Part shown: piece after piece, positions 37,659-50,028 of the stretch
How the letters are laid out: every line of letters starts with the position of its first letter
Numbering within the stretch: position 1 is the stretch's first letter
NCBI GenBank assembly: GCA_051362555.1
Contig: CM120646.1
Coordinates: 16,554,001 to 16,618,000 of the forward strand
Length of the DNA: 64,000 nucleotides
Reading direction: 5' to 3'
Source of the DNA: Lingula anatina
Taxonomy: Eukaryota > Animalia > Brachiopoda
The notes under the pieces: model-generated
What the model was told of the DNA's origin: nothing
The model's input: only the letters and a program-made list of their open reading frames with translations
The model's database searches: none
Position numbers and translations under genes: made by a program

Positions 37659-40600
37659 TTCGCCGCAAATCTTCAAACAAATTATCAGTGTAATATGGTT
37701 GCCGACCCTAAATGAAACAATATAACGTTTTACTTATTTTCAGGTTTGAAGGGTGATGCTGGTGCCCCAGGCGCCCCAGGAGCCCCAGGTGCTAATGGCA
37801 AAGATGGCCCAGCCGGTGCTCCTGGCGCCAATGGTAAGTATCTTGCGTCAGATGTGTACTTTAATACGATATCAATATGACGCTAACAACTTGTATGCAG
37901 CATAAATACTGACATACATGCTTGGAATTGTAAGCACAACACACCAGTGTTATATACATGTAGATAACAAATTATCATTTAACTTTATTTAACACCGTAT
38001 GTGAATACCCAAAGAATGCACCATTGTGCTTCACATTTAACACCCTGGATCAACACTTTTAAAGTTTTAGATCGTCTTATTTGAATTGGACAATTCTTCT
38101 TATAAAATTTGTAATACCCTGAGTCCTATTACTATTTTTTTTTATTTATAACAGGTCTGCCAGGTGCTAAAGGTGTCCCAGGCGCTAAAGGTGATAGAGG
38201 TGCCACTGGCGCCCCCGGTGCTCCAGGCAGAGCCGGTGCCCCAGGTGCTGCAGGAGCGACTGGTGCTAAAGGCCCAGCAGGCCCAGCAGGGGCCCCCGGT
38301 GCCCCCGGTATGGACGGTGCCCCAGGAGCTAGAGGCAAAGACGGTGCTCGTGGTGCTAACGGTCTTAATGGTGCCCCTGGTGCCCCAGGTGCTAAGGGTG
38401 ATCGTGGTGCTACAGGTGCCCCAGGTGCTCCCGGACTCCAAGGAGCCGCCGGCGCTCGTGGACCAGCTGGTCCAGCTGGTGCCCCAGGAAACGATGGAGC
38501 TAATGGTGCCCCAGGAAAGGATGGTGCTAATGGTGCCCCAGGTGCCAAGGGAGATAGAGGTGCTACTGGTGCTGCAGGTGCCAATGGCGCCAATGGAAAG
38601 GATGGCCTTGACGGTGCCGATGGCAAAGATGGCGCCCCAGGTGCCGATGGCAAAGATGGCGCCAACGGTGCCCCAGGTGCTGATGGCTTGGATGGTGCCC
38701 CAGGAGCCCAGGGAGCAAAGGGTGCCCGTGGAGCTACAGGCGCCCCAGGTGCCGCTGGTGCCCCAGGAGCCAATGGTAAAGACGGTGCCCCAGGTGCTGC
38801 AGGTGCTGATGGCAAGCCAGGTGCTGCAGGTGCCCCAGGTGCCCGTGGTCCAGCTGGCCCAGCAGGCGCTCCAGGTAAGGATGGTGCAAGAGGAGCTAAT
38901 GGTGCTAATGGTATCCCAGGTGCCAGGGGTGACCGTGGTCCAGCCGGACCACAGGGCCCAGCTGGTGCTAATGGTGCTAATGGTGCTCCTGGCAAAGATG
39001 GTGCTAATGGTGCCAGAGGCCCTGCAGGTCCTGTTGGTCCAAAGGGTCCCACTGGACCAGCTGGCCTTCCAGGTCGCAACGGTAAAGATGGTGCCAATGG
39101 TAGGAATGGTCTCGACGGTGCTCCTGGTGCTCCAGGTAAAGATGGTCTCAATGGTGCTCCAGGAAAAGATGGCAGAAACGGTGCCAATGGTGCCCCAGGT
39201 AAGGACGGTGCTCGCGGACCAGCTGGCCCACAGGGTGCCAAGGGAGACGCAGGTGCCAATGGAGCCGATGGTTTGAATGGCGCTCCAGGTAAAGACGGCC
39301 TCAATGGTGCTAACGGCAGAGATGGCGCTCCTGGCAAAGATGGTGCTAAGGGACCAGTTGGCCCACAAGGACCAAAAGGACCAGCAGGTGCCCCTGGTGC
39401 TGATGGAGCTGATGGTGAAGACGGAGATGACGGTGCTAATGGTAAGGATGGTGCTCCAGGTGCTCCAGGTGACCCAGGTGCTGACGGCAAGGATGGTGCC
39501 CCAGGTGCTAAGGGCGATAGAGGAGCTAACGGTGCCCCAGGTAAAGACGGCGCTGATGGCGCTAACGGCTCCCGTGGCCCAGCAGGTCCTCAAGGTCCAA
39601 CAGGCCCAGCCGGTCCACAGGGTGCCCCAGGTGGCGTTGGAGCCCAGGGTGCTCGTGGTCCAAAGGGCCCACAGGGTGCTCCCGGTAACCCAGGCAGAGA
39701 TGGTGCTCCGGGCAAGGATGGCGCTCCAGGTGCCCCAGGTGCCCCAGGTGCCAAGGGTGACGCTGGCGCCCAAGGTGCTGATGGCGAAGATGGTGACGAC
39801 GGAAAGGATGGTGCTCCAGGTGCCAAGGGTCCCCGTGGCCCACAGGGCCCCGCTGGCAAGCCAGGCGCTAACGGCCGCGACGGCGCTCCAGGTGCTAGAG
39901 GTAAATTGCTTTCACACCTACAGCAATGTATCAAATCATTACTCACAAAATGTATTTCAACGAAGAACTCGCTATTTGTAACTGTATTGTTCCTACCAGT
40001 CGTGGTGACATTTATGCTATTTATGTTATAAATGTGTGTGTTTGTATCACAATAGAAATATTTACTGGCTAGGATAAAGCCAACCTTTTTCTCAACTGTC
40101 TTTGCTGTGGTATTTGTTGCAGGTGAGAAAGGTGCCACTGGTGCTCCAGGTGCCCCAGGTCTTGACGGCAGAGATGGTGCCCCAGGTGCCCCAGGTGAGT
40201 CTTTCAGCATTATATCATATCATATACCCATAATACGTAAACCATCTACCATTTATAATACTGCATTATGTCAAATCATTATGCCCGTTGCTCTTTCCAT
40301 ATAAATTTGAGTAGTATCGTTTAATTCAGGTCATTATTCGTTCTTCTGCTGAAGATCATTAGAGGTTATTAATTTCATTTCCTGTGCGTGTTTTGTCTTA
40401 GTTTTTCTTTTGTATGATTTAGCGCGTAGATATGCAGCGCACATAAAACCGTACAAAAGATATAAAAATCATTAGGCCTCGGGTAAAATATAAACAAAGA
40501 TTACATCTTAGATCTATTTTCATCCTGTTACTTGACTTGATTATGGACTTCAGTTTTATAACACACTCTACTGTGGCCGTCTGCTGATCGTCGGCTCTGG

Positions 40601-40927
40601 CAGATTATTAACACTATCTTAGTTATAGTATTAAATGCACAGAAGCTGAATCACGAAAACCTGTAATATGTTTTGTAGTCTGGGTATCTACATGAATTAA
40701 TCCCTTTTTTTTTTTTTTTTTTTGTAGCATTATTTTAATTTTTCAATACGCAATATTTAATTTTTGTCCCCACGTAGTTTTGTGAGTCTTATTTTGCGCG
40801 CCCTACGACAATCACGTGTTGTATTTCAGGTAAACAAGGCCTGCAGGGGGCGCCAGGTAAGCCAGGAGCCCCAGGGAAAGACGCTGTTGTCCATTCCTTC
40901 CAGAAGAAGAGGGTGTACAGAGGCTAA
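36186..40927 (+). CDS. Secreted EGF-domain collagen 1 (signal peptide, EGF, CxxxC, about 229 Gly-X-Y, 14-aa tail), 777 aa
   Basis: Coding exons 36186-36243 ([19 protein letters not shown]), 36668-36793 (EGF: [33 protein letters not shown]), 37377-37520, 37744-37833, 38155-39900, 40123-40194, 40830-40927 (ends [14 protein letters not shown]). All introns are GT-AG and phase 1; total 2334 nt. AATAAA at 41071. Confidence 0.92.
36900..37065. repeat. (GAGT/GGGT/GAGC)n tetranucleotide microsatellite in collagen 1 intron
   Basis: Direct reading; it generates the spurious THSL-repeat ORFs. Confidence 0.9.
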
Positions 40928-42529
40928 GGTTAAATCATCAGCAGAATGAGCAAAGATTGTGTTCAAATTATTTTCTTATATCTTAAAACATGTTTCTTAT
41001 TAATGAATCTATCCACCATTCACGTACAGCACTTCAGCCGCCTTAGATGATTGTTTTAGGTGCGATTTCAAATAAATGCTGTTGCTATTTATTATATCCA
41101 ACATCTTGTAGTGAAATTTATTTCAAAAACCGAAATAAGGGACGGACTCACTATTCTTCGGGGACGAGACGAGAAAAGAAATTCTCAAATGCAAACACTT
41201 ATTTTATTAACTATTTTTCAGTCTATTTAATCAAATTGATTTGACGACGCAAATAACGCAAATCATCCGCGGACGACATTCCCATAATACTTTCCTCATT
41301 AACAGCCATATGCTATTTTTTTAAACGTGCTACAATGACGCAATTGGAGGCTCGTCCTCTCATCTCTTCTTAATAGTTTATCGTTTCATTTCAAATTTGA
41401 TGATTCAAAACCCTATCTACTAATAACTTGATTAATGTTAATAAAAAATAATATATATTTACTTATATTATCTTTGCTGGGTTAAATGCGATTAACATTT
41501 AATCATTATCTTTTACTCTCTCTTTTCATCTATTATTCCATGAACTTAACGTTTGGAAGGTCCCTCAAGTCCATTTCTCTCTTTTTTTCACTGATAAGAA
41601 TCATCCTGCAAAGAAATCATTTAAGAATAGTCGAGGAACTGGGAGTGAGGTTCAAGGACTGGATAAAATAGAGCAATGCGTAAATAGTCTTTAAGCGGCA
41701 GGTATTGGCGCGCTCTTACACAAATACTTTTACAGAAAAACATTGAAATAAGTTTAGAATTTTGCCCGATGTGAAACAGGGATTGTATGATCATCTAGAT
41801 AACATCTGAGTCTCTTACTCTGTGCTTCTGTACAAAGAGGCCACTCTTCTGAATGACATAATGATCTGTCGCTGGTGAGAAATAGGAGGTAAACCGACAT
41901 CTTTATTTGACAACCCGCACCCATTGTCTACCATTAAGAAGTGACTTACATTTTAAATTTTAAGCTACAAAATCTTGAATTTCGTACGCACAATTGACAG
42001 AAGTAAAACCAGCATTAAAGAGACACGATAGACGTGACGAAAAGGCTAGGTCATGGAACAGTTGCTATTATACAATCCAACTGGTTCAACTCCAGTTGAC
42101 CCGTTCGATATGCCCAAATTACTTCTCCATGAGCAGATATTGAAAGTGCCAAGGACAATCGCATTGATTGTAACCCCTCTTTAATAGTTTTCCGCACGAT
42201 TTCCCACACTATTTAATTGATGTGCCCGTAATCCAACATGGCTCCCAACAATTGGCCTTTTCATTTTCCTATGCCTGTGCGACGAATGACGAATGACGCC
42301 CTGCTTAAATATATGTGTCCCGTCTAGAGGATAGGTCTTTTGACAATGTCTTACTGTAAAAGTTTGCCTCAGCAGCACGAGTGTGTTCACCTAGTTTAAC
42401 AGGAACAATAGATAAGAGAGAAAAAAATCGAGAGAGCGCTTCTTTTCCCATGCTTAGTAAGTTTCTTTTGCAAACATTTAATATGGAGCCCATTCCTCGG
42501 CTGTGCCAACACACTCAATGTACATACAC

Positions 42530-42532
<3 letters not shown>

Positions 42533-42561
<29 letters not shown>
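42533..42561. repeat. (GA)n microsatellite
   Basis: Direct reading. Confidence 0.85.
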
Positions 42562-42568
<7 letters not shown>

Positions 42569-43333
42569 GACGAGGGAGGGAGAGAGGGTTTGAAGGAGAG
42601 AGACTGATATGAGAATTACTTTACCGCAATTACTGCATGTTAAAATCGAATTCATTTCTTTCTATTATCGTTTAACAGATATTTTGATATCTATCTGGTT
42701 TCTCAATCAATGAAGACCTTTAAAAAATAAAGTATAAGCATCAGTACACAGTACATTTATTGTGCACTTATACCCAACATTTATAGTAACCATGTCCACC
42801 ACTTTATGTAAATGATAACAATTAGCGTTCAGATTACACCTGTAGACCTCTTTATGTTAGACATACAATGCGTTTAAAAAGTGAAAAACAATACATGCAG
42901 AGATAATAATAACTATTAAAGGAAGTAAATATTTTGTGCAATCCTCACCCTGTCATGTAACAATATATATAAGTAAGTGAAAAGAAAATCGTTTTAAATG
43001 ACACTTAAGTTATGTTTATCCTATGAGGCAGCGAAAATCCTACATCACACCACTGTACGATTTGGGCATTTGACACGATATTCATTTCATCATATTAAAA
43101 ACTTCCGGCAAAGAGCAAACAGAGATTTACAGCTTTGGCACCTCAATTTGTCTTCAACCCCATATGTCGCGGTTGTAATAATAATCAATAAAAATCCAGA
43201 AATACATGATATGTAACGCAACTGGTCTTATGTCCTTTGCTTAAGTTAAAACATTAACTGCTGTAGGACCAGGCGCCTCACGCTTAAAGTAAGTGAGACT
43301 GAAACAGAGTATTGGAACATTAAACTTCATTAC

Positions 43334-43784
43334 ATTGCCAAAATGAGAATAACTGACCATGAGCTGGCGATGGAGAAAGGCAGGCACATGAAAATCCCTC
43401 TGGAAGAAAGAACCTGCACACATTGTAAAACAGAAATAGAGGACGAGAAACATTTCTTCATCACTTGCAGCAAGTACCAGAGCGACAAATTAAAGCATGC
43501 TCAATTCCTCAAATACTGAGAGACAAAATTATGAATTAGCAGGCAGTGATCAGAAACTATTTATCCTCCTCAACCCTCAAGATCATAAATCCCTTAAGGT
43601 AATATCACAGTATTAGCAGCTCAATGAATAAGCACTCAACGCATTTATTAACTTTTAGCTTTGACAGATATTTTATTCTTTATTTTATCCTTTATTTATA
43701 TTTTTGATGTAAGCACAATAGAATAGTGTTAGTAGTAGTTTAGACAGCAATAAATGTTAAATTGTAACAATTAAAGCTGAATAA

Positions 43785-43830
<46 letters not shown>
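43334..43830 (+). mobile_element. 5'-truncated non-LTR retrotransposon (LINE, RTE-X/L2-like) 3' end
   Basis: 43334-43519 translates IAKMRITDHELAMEKGRHMKIPLEERTCTHCKTEIEDEKHFFITCSKY, the typical ORF2 C-terminal R.s.H.L.iE.GR...eeR.C..C...EDE.HF...C..Y zinc-knuckle signature. An AT-rich 3' UTR, AATAAA and an (ATT)n tail follow at about 43780-43830. Confidence 0.8.
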
Positions 43831-43831
<1 letters not shown>

Positions 43832-44686
43832 AAGCGTACATCACATCGTAGACTTTCTCTTTAGTCCAAACAGCTGCGTGAGGGAAGTCACAAGAATGGC
43901 AGCAGGTGCCGGTGTGGTCTTACAAAACAAACGCATCAACTCCTCGTGCCAACCTTGATAATGTTGAATGATCAATGATCACGAACGAACCCTCACACTT
44001 GACTTGATGTCGCTTGTCTTAAAACTGTAGAGTCACAGTGACATGGCATTCCTGATATGAAGAATGAATCTGATATGATTTACCTCACCCCTGCAGAGTC
44101 ACATCACTAAATGCATACTATAACATTCTATTTCGCTGGAGGACAAATCCTTTTTTTTTTTTTTTTTTTGTTTTTTTTTTTTTGTTTTTTTTTGTTTTTT
44201 TGTTTTTTTTTTTTGTTTTTAAATGTGACAAAATATCTTTGCCACTGACCCTAAATTGGGCAAAGTTCAGTATAGTAGTTTATAGCAAGCAAAATACTAG
44301 TTGATTCATCTAAATTTGAAAAGCCATGATACAGATGCTTGAAAATATTTGGTTTGATACTTTTTACACTTACTGTATATAATCCAAACTTATTATTTAA
44401 ATAGACAACAAATATACCAAGAGCAATCCATCCCACCGCAGTTTCAAATATATAACAAACTATATGTAATCAAATCTATATTCGATAATGAAAATATATT
44501 AGTCTCTATGTCCTTTGTTTGGTCAGCATTTGAAATATACGAGAACATGTAAAAGCACTGTGACCAGTGCAAAACTGTTAACATTTTATTATGAGGACAC
44601 CTTGAAGAGAAGTTTGAACTCAACAAATTACATCACATATACAGCTATTATAGGTTACATGTATGTTGTGTGCACGTTCACACACA

Positions 44687-44722
<36 letters not shown>

Positions 44723-44723
<1 letters not shown>

Positions 44724-45719
44724 GTGCACGTTCACGGCACTGGGTAAAAACAATGGGACATGGGCATCAATGTTTCAACATGGGGCCGATCTTGTGAGAA
44801 CGCTTTCCGTTGAAAATACAGTGTATGCTTCGTATATGGCTTTATATTAATACATTTTGGAAAATGTAACATCAAACACATATAAAAATTATCAGGGAAG
44901 AGTCACTTAACTTCACACAATTGGAAAAGCACCCTGAATCGGTGGTTAAGCAGCGATGACATGAAATCCTCTCGCGTGCGTTTCACGCCAAAAAGTGGGT
45001 ACCGGATACAGCTAATTTCATTAGCCTCATTTAATATTCATGTGACCGGGTCATTACATCATCAATGGATATTTCCACTATGTACGCTGGGTCCCTGGGT
45101 CGAATCTGAATTTGAAAAAGGAAACTGCAAGCTAGCTGTGGTTTTGCTGTCGTGCGTTCCTTAAGAAATAAAAACAGAATTGGGTCATAACATCTGTTAT
45201 TACACCCTCAGATGACAGGATTTCCTTACACTTTGTTGTATTATGAAAAGCAGATTGTATTTCAGGTATTTAAATCCCAAAATTGAACGATTTGTATAGT
45301 TCATGTGCATGGGAGATCATACTTTGTATTGAAGTCTAAAACGGAAATGATGATAACGCACAATAACCCCTTTTCTTCACCCATCAAAGAACAATTTTTG
45401 TATTTCTCTAGTGACATGACATGACCAAAAACATGACAATACTATTCTGAGAGCTTCTTTTTTTATAATGTACAGCTGCAAAGATTGGTATGTCTGTGTC
45501 CCAGATTTAAGCGCTGTTTGAGTGTCATTTTCGGCTAAGGATTAATAAGTTTAAAATATTCAGCAATGTTTGGGAATACATAATTGTTTGTTATAATGAG
45601 ACAAATCCATCCCCTTTCACATGAAAGCACCCACATGGTAATCCAACACATAGAAATATTTTGACAGAATTTTAAAGATGATAGCCCATTGTTGTTACCG
45701 AGTACCGTAGACGTGCACA
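44723..45719. mobile_element. MITE-like element (997 bp) with 35-bp imperfect TIRs and TA flanks, embedded in (CA)n
   Basis: Left end tgtgcacgttcacggcactgggtaaaaacaatggg versus reverse-complemented right end tgtgcacgtctacggtactcggtaacaacaatggg (30/35). TA at 44721-22 and 45720-21; CA runs on both sides. Confidence 0.6.
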
Positions 45720-45727
45720 TATACAGC

Positions 45728-45770
<43 letters not shown>

Positions 45771-48158
45771 ACACACAAACACACACACACACACAGACTG
45801 AAGCTTTAAAATGTCTCTTGAAAAAAATTACAATGAGTATAGCAAATAAAAGCGATCTGCCATGAATAAAGCATTGTGTGGGGTAAATAATGAACGCAAT
45901 TTATCAAAGTGGTGAAAAAGCATGATGGGAATTATTAGTGCTTAATGTTTTTATTTGACTGTTTCCATTATCCCCTCTCTTATGCAATAAAACCCTCTGA
46001 TCTAAACGATATAGACGAGATAGCACTCCGTTTCTTTTTCTTTTTGCCATCTGCATCTAATTCGATGGCCTACTAATTCGGAGCACGAACAACGGTATTA
46101 AACAGATGTAATTTAATTCTAATTCGGATCACGAATATAAGTAGGCTATGTAATGCTTTTCGTGTCATGGCATTTACGCCTATTTATTGTCTCATACACG
46201 TTATATAAAATTGATCTTTTATCCAAAGCGATTTCATATTTAACCACCTGCAACAACTTTGTTGCTTATTTGTAATAAATATATATTTGTAGAAAACGTG
46301 CCAGTTAATATTGGCTCGTCTCAAATTATAATTAAAAGTACCAAACGCCATTGTTTGAAATATTTAAATACACCATTTTATTAGAAGCGTATAATATTCC
46401 GCCGAAAACACCGTATGGTTGACCCCGTTAACAATATTTTATTGCCTTAGTACTAGGATTGACTTTTAGCTGAAGAAAAAATAAGGGTGTTTCAATAAAA
46501 ACGTGATCCATTAAGAGGTTTATATCTATGCTGATTTTATTTATTTTATTTTATTTTATTTTATTTTATTTTATTTTGAGGTTGATAAATAAAATTAACT
46601 CATGCAAAGAAGAGACATTGCAAATCAAGGAAAAAAGGCAAAATCGTTTAAAATTGTACAGGTGAGATACCGCATTATGATTGTTTTCAACAACTTTCCC
46701 CATAAGTTTCAGTTTGGTTTAAGAGATTGAAGGACACAGGAACATTGATGAAGTCCACTAAGAAACAAGTGGTCGAAAGTTGACTGCAAGATCACCGGAG
46801 AATGTGGACTCTGCAAGATTTTGTTGGTAGGAGTCCAAGTATGCTATCAGCGTCGAGATGTACATTTAGTGAATGTCCCTTACAGTTAAAATTCTAACAA
46901 ATAAATTTCATCATTTCACCTTTTCACCTTTAAATTTTTATTGTCTTTTATTTCTGGTTCACAAGTTATAATTGGGTACCCGAGTCACGTGTATACTGAA
47001 ACAACCTTTAAAACTAACGACGACTTTTCGACTCTTTGACATTTACCCTAGATTAGTTCTTTTTTCTTTGTGCTGCTTACAACAGATACGAAGTGGATTT
47101 CCCGTCAAGTGTACTCCTCTGTTAAGGACGTTAGTGAAATACATAACCCAGTATTATGCAGTCATTTACAATGAAAAGTAAGGAATCGTGAAAAGCAAAT
47201 TAGTATGAAATCCCCTTAGCCGATATAAATCCACAAAAAAATACACAATTAAAAAGGATGATGACAGGTGCTTCACCAACTCGCGACTGATTGAGAACGA
47301 AATTTGACCCACCGAATTCGCCCCCAAAACGGTCGCTTGACCGGTGTAACAAGGGATTTACATATCAAAGCATAACTCGAATGTATGGTTCATTTCATTA
47401 ACAGTCATGTATTACATAAGTCCACTGCGTAACTTTATCCAAAAATATTCCCCTTGTTACTTTATTCTCCTGTTGCAAAATAACTCTATGTGAAAGGGTG
47501 AAGCTGTTGCCATAAACCTATCCCCAAATAAACTCGGCTCAGTGGTTTTAATGACAAATATAAACAGTTTGTTCTCTTCTTCAAAAGAGTCAAATATTAT
47601 GCATAATGCGCAGACGCCCTCTCCATAACTGTCTTCGTTCAATGTCGCTGAGTTATATTCTTTATAATATAATATCAAGGTTGTCATTTAAAAATACACA
47701 GAGATACGGTTGACAACCATCTGTTCAAACTTTGTTATAAAGACAGACGAAACGAACTCATTCTGTACCATGCAAGACGGCCGTTAGTTTCAAACGGATC
47801 CAAGTTACATTTTTCAAATAAGTACTTATTTGGCCATTCCATTATACAGTTGTAGTATTGTACGCTCTCTAAGTGTTTACACACACGCCACCAGTCCAGG
47901 CTGGCCCTGGATATACTGTTTACTATGGCCCGGGGGCGGGGTCCTCACGAAAACCCAGATTTCTGGCCTTGATTTAGTGTATAGGTTACTACCCAGTATA
48001 TCTATTATAGCTTGAATGAAAAGGGCACTGCGCGTATGGTTAATGTTTCCTGCGCGGTGCAAACCTAAATAAACAAACAATAGGCATACTTTCTGAGATG
48101 AAAAACATGCATGGTTTAATTGCATCACTGCATGTGAGTGCCATTCCTATTCGCCTAG

Positions 48159-48241
48159 TATAAAAGGCGGGAACAATAAGAATAAACGAGACAGACAGAA
48201 TTTGCTTTTCCTAAAGGAACAACTTTCTCCACTTGGAAAAG
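48159..48241 (+). promoter_or_regulatory. TATA box and putative non-coding first exon of EGF-collagen 2
   Basis: TATAAAA at 48159 and a consensus donor AAG|GTAAGT at 48242. Acceptor cacag (50021) lies 7 nt before the ATG, mirroring collagen 1. Confidence 0.5.
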
Positions 48242-50028
48242 GTAAGTCACACTTAAGGTCGGAGATTTTGGAATATTCCACAGTAAGGAAGAAGGTCAGA
48301 GATTTTGGAATATTGCACAGTAAGGAAGACTCTTTTATATTTACAATGATGTACCAGAAAGAAATATTTCTTGAGACGAACAATGAATAAGTTTTGTAAA
48401 TGTTCTCTCATTTGTTTCCATTACATTTACTCATTATAATATAGCCGCTTGGTTGAAGATTTCAAAAACAAGTTTAATATTTTTTGAGTGCCAAAAACTC
48501 AATCTGGTTTTATCCAAAATTTTTAGTGATTATAAAGAGATGAAGTTTTTTGTTTAATATTACTTTCAATTCTTTTAAAGGGAATGGATATTCATTGATC
48601 AAGTAATCTTATTTTAACAATTAGTTTCGATTCAACATTAAATACCACTTAAAAACGCGTTGAAGTAATTTGACAGTTTTTGTAATCCAATTAACAAAGC
48701 CGACAAACTTTTAATTTTCTATACTTATACCCATTACCATCATACAAAAAAAATCAGAACTGCGTTTTTTTACCGTTTTAAGCATACGAAAGCAGAAACA
48801 AGCAAGGTATGCTTGATACATGTATACTGTGCGCTAATTCAAATTCTCCCGGTGCTATAAAAAGAGAGAACGGAGGAAATGAATATGACAGGCAAAATTC
48901 GCCTTCCACAATGGCTTGTGTTTCTTGAAGAGATCACAAAGTTTTACGTGCATAGTGGGATGTTGCGCATCTTTACCATTTTCATTCTCTGCGTAGGGAT
49001 TTGGACATTTACCAGCATGAAAACCAGCGTTGCCAAAACGCCTTTGTGGGATCAAAAGATTTTGAGAGTGCATCCTTAACTTTTATTATTATTATTGCCC
49101 GTTTTATTCAGTTTATGATTAAATTGTTAATTTAAACGGGGATCAAAGGTTTTTATATACGACCTTCAATGATTGCTATCATTACAATTCATTTTCATTT
49201 GTATTTTAATCATGTTTTTATTCATTCATTTGTTGATATTTGTAAATCACAAATGGCTTATGAGAGGCACCTTTTTTTTCTTTGGCTTTCGCAACAACAG
49301 CGTAAGAAAAACGCATTCTGGGAACAATAAGTGATACGGTGCTTCAAACCTCACCTGTCGCATTGGCCGTGCTTCCCCGTTCTTAGCATGTTATCAGGCA
49401 GTGTAGCCTGACTAATTAACTCTTACTGTAACAAAAAATAGCACGGTATTTAACTCTCTTTTGTTTGCCGAAGGTTGTTCAGTTTGTCGCGCCTGCTTTG
49501 GCATTTATGGTAATGTTAAGTAGCATGCAAAGCTCCAATACACGCAATTGGTCAAGGTCTAGTGGACATTAGTCAGTGCTACTCATTCATTTGGAAATCA
49601 CCGTTAATGAAATAAGTCTCGAAAAATAAGGCGGGGTTTGACCTTCATATTCATTTTGCGTGTTGAATACTCCTTAAAAATAATTTGAACTTCGCATGAT
49701 AGTACTTAATCTATCTTAGATTTTGTTGTTCGCCGGTCCACGTGTTTGGTTGATGAGATAGGCTTTGAGGCGGTGTTTATGTGTAATAATGTTTTTTTTT
49801 CCTTTAACATCTTCTTCAATTTTCATTATCATTGCTACTGGTTTATTTCCGTAATTGTTCCTATTTAAAGTGGCTTTAACATTATTTAAGACGGCATGTT
49901 CGTATTACATGTAGAGAATTTATAACATGCTTTTGTAATATTTTTTTTAAAAGAAAAAGCATTGGAGTGGACAGAAACATATCTATAGTAATTGCACTTT
50001 CTATCCATTGCATGTTCACAGCCAAAAA

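Noticed and set aside
38132-40210. Long antisense and alternate-frame ORFs over collagen 1 (452, 543, 370, 234, 206 aa)
   Set aside because: Shadows of the repetitive GGT-GCC-CCA codon usage, which lacks stops in other frames. They end at exon boundaries.
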